A DNA stretch of 64,000 nt from Mobula hypostoma (taxonomy: Eukaryota). Every line of letters begins with the position of its first letter. The first letter of the stretch is position 1. Position numbers and translations under genes: made by a program. The notes under the pieces were generated by a model. It was not told the origin of the DNA, did no database searches, and saw only the letters and a list, made by a program, of their open reading frames with translations. Positions 61,835 through 64,000 of the stretch are shown here, one piece after another. Location: contig NC_086097.1 in the NCBI RefSeq assembly GCF_963921235.1, forward strand, positions 116,810,001-116,874,000. Reading direction: 5' to 3'.

Positions 61835-62822
61835 AACTGAAGGAAGAGTGAGTAAGGGATTTGAAAGTCGGAGGGGGAGGGGGAGATCCAAAATGATAGG
61901 AGAAGACAGGAGGGGGAGGGATGGAGCCAAGAGCTGGACAGGTGATAGGCAAAAGGGGATACGAGAGGATCATGGGACAGGAGGTCCGGAAAGAAAGACA
62001 CGGGGGGGGGGACCCAGAGGATGGGCAAGAGGTATATTCAGAGGGACAGAGGGAGAAAAAGGAGATTGAGAGAAAGAATGTGTGCATAAAAATAAGTAAC
62101 AGATGGGGTACGAGGGGGAGGTGGGGCCTTAGCGGAAGTTAGAGAAGTCGATGTTCATGCCATCAGGTTGGAAGCTACCCAGACGGAATATAAGGTGTTG
62201 TTCCTCCAACCTGAGTGTGGCTTCATCTTTACAGTAGAGGAGGCCGTGGATAGACATGTCAGAATGGGAATGGGATGCGGAATTAAAATGTGTGGCCACT
62301 GGGCCATCCTGCTTTCTCTGGTGGACAGAGCGTAGATGTTCAGCAAACTGGTCTCCCAGTCTGCGTCGGGTCTCGCCAATATATGAAAGGCCACGTCGGG
62401 AGCACCGGACGCAGTATATCACCCCAGTCGACTCACAGGTGAAGTGTTGCCTCACCTGGAAGGACTGTTTGGGGCCCTGAATGATAGTAAGGGAGGAAGT
62501 GTAAGGGCATGTGTAGCACTTGTTCCGCTTACACGGATAAGTGCCAGGAGGGAGATCAGTGGGGAGGTATGGGGGGGACGAATGGACAAGGGAGTTGTGT
62601 AGGGAGCGATCCCTGCGGAAAGCGGGGGGGGAGGGAGGGAAAGATGTGCTTAGTGGTGGGATCCAGTTGGAGGTGGCGGAAGTTACGGAGAATAATATGT
62701 TGGACCCGGAGGCTGGTGGGGTGGTAGGTGAGGACCAGGGGAGCCTTATTCCTAGTGGGGTGGCAGGAGGATGGAGTGAGAGCAGATGTACGTGAAATGG
62801 GGGAGATGCGTTTAAGAGCAGA

Positions 62823-63161
62823 ACTTTTTTTTACTGTTTTTAATGGAGGTCAGGATTGAGGACGTGATTTTAAGTTTTTTAACTCTGTTTGGTTTCAAGT
62901 TAGCCCATTGCATTGCTTTGCTTTTAGTTAGTTGCACGGTGGGTTTTTTGGGGGGTTTTTTTTTTCCTTTTCTCTATTGATATATATATAAAAATTAGTA
63001 TACTATTATGTTACCTTACTACGTTATGTTTAAATTACATTGTTTGTAGTATTTTTTTTGGTATTAATATCTTCTGTAATTTTATTGTATTCTAACAGTG
63101 TATTAGTGCCTATATGGCTTACCTTTTTGTATACTTATTCAATAAAAAGATTTAAAAAGAA
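62823..63161 (+). mobile_element. 3' tail of an L1/Tx1-like LINE inserted into the Penelope copy
   Basis: T-rich UTR, AATAAA and A-rich end; 9-bp TSD AAGAGCAGA (62814-22, 63162-70) at a TTT|AAGA site. No coding sequence, so the clade is inferred. Confidence 0.6.
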
Positions 63162-63298
63162 AAGAGCAGAGCTGATAGTGGAGGAAGGGAAGCCCCTTTC
63201 TTTAAAAAAGGATCCCTCCCCTCCTGTCTTCTCCTATCATTTTGGATCTCCCCCTCCCTGTCCAACTTTCAAATCCCTTACTCACTCTTCCTTCAGTT

Positions 63299-63334
63299 AG
63301 TCCTGACGAAGGGTCTTGGCCTGAAACGTCGACT
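63299..63334 (+). ncRNA. Minimal type-I hammerhead ribozyme motif, intact core
   Basis: AGTC CTGACGA AGGGTCTTGGCCT GAAA CG TC|GACT. Confidence 0.85.
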
Positions 63335-64000
63335 GCACCTCTTCCTACAGATGCCGCCTGGTCTGCTGCATTCACCAGCAACTTTGATGTGTGTTGCTTG
63401 AATTTCCAGCATCTGCAGAATTCCTGTTGTTTAACATCGTCATCAAACTGCTTCCACAGTGAAGTCATGACTTGAAGTCATGAAGACATGAAGTCATCAC
63501 ACTGCAGACCATTTGATCCGCCTCCTGTCAGACTTCATGTTCGAGGGATTAGTTTGCAACACTTGGAGGTTCCGGGCACTATGGGGTGACTCCGGGCCTG
63601 GCCCCTCTTTCGTCTCACCAGGTTGGACACCTGCGCGTTGTGCTGCTCCTGCTCCCGCCAAACACTTCATCCTCGCTTGGTGGATCTTCAAGCCGCGATC
63701 GTTCTTGCAGATTTTGCCACATGCACACTGCTTCCTCATCATCGTTTGTTCATTGCCTGGGTCTGATGTCGTTGTGTCCATCCGACTGGGGTGCTCATCC
63801 TCCCCCACCTCTCAGGCACCCCTGGGGGTATCTTTTCCTTAGATTCTTTGTGGCTTTTGTGGGGGTCCTCCTCTCAGAGGACACAGATTGGGTTGCCAGC
63901 CCGTTCTGCCCTGGTTGCCGTCTCTCCGTCTCTCCGGGCTGTCACTGACTGTCCAGTCATCACCACTCTTTTCATGGTTGTCACCCAGTCTTTCCTGGTT

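Larger units (their letters stand above)
61736..63430 (-). mobile_element. 5'-truncated Penelope-like element with inverted pLTR (+ strand, about 63213-63430)
   Basis: GIY-YIG ORF 62129-62455; perfect 16-bp TSD TTAACATCGTCATCAA at 61720-35 and 63431-46. Confidence 0.95.
58650..64000 (-). mobile_element. Hero/NeSL-type non-LTR retrotransposon with restriction-like endonuclease; segments 63431-64000 and 58650-61735
   Basis: N-terminal CACGKICKNDRGLKIHQARMKC finger; RT (QKGG, LANAYGSIPH, AFMDDL); CPLC...LEHILSGC; YRWRHDQVL; RLE RP(A)IVL...ELT.PWE...KLSKY; stop at 58792-94. The 5' end may lie outside the window. Confidence 0.92.

Overview
Eukaryotic (vertebrate) repeat-dense DNA with no recognisable host protein-coding gene, so probably intergenic or a large intron. 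The repeat mix (abundant CR1 LINEs, V-domain SINEs, Rex1/Babar, Penelope-like elements) suggests a cartilaginous fish, which is an inference. Most of the window is transposon nests. Main elements: a near full-length Neptune-type Penelope-like element (RT + GIY-YIG, 39268-43073) inside a decayed Gypsy provirus (37618-45949) inside a CR1; a Hero/NeSL-type RLE retrotransposon (58650-64000, minus); a BovB-like RTE; an IR/DR Tc1; a Tigger/pogo derivative with a long internal palindrome; solo LTRs; and four minisatellites. The most notable non-coding signal is a family of minimal type-I hammerhead ribozyme motifs in the Penelope terminal repeats (four with an intact core, several decayed, one inserted almost alone). 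There is also a speculative hammerhead-like motif with permuted strand order in the Hero 3' UTR. All family assignments come from motif recognition by eye; no database search was run. Boundaries of old fragments are approximate.
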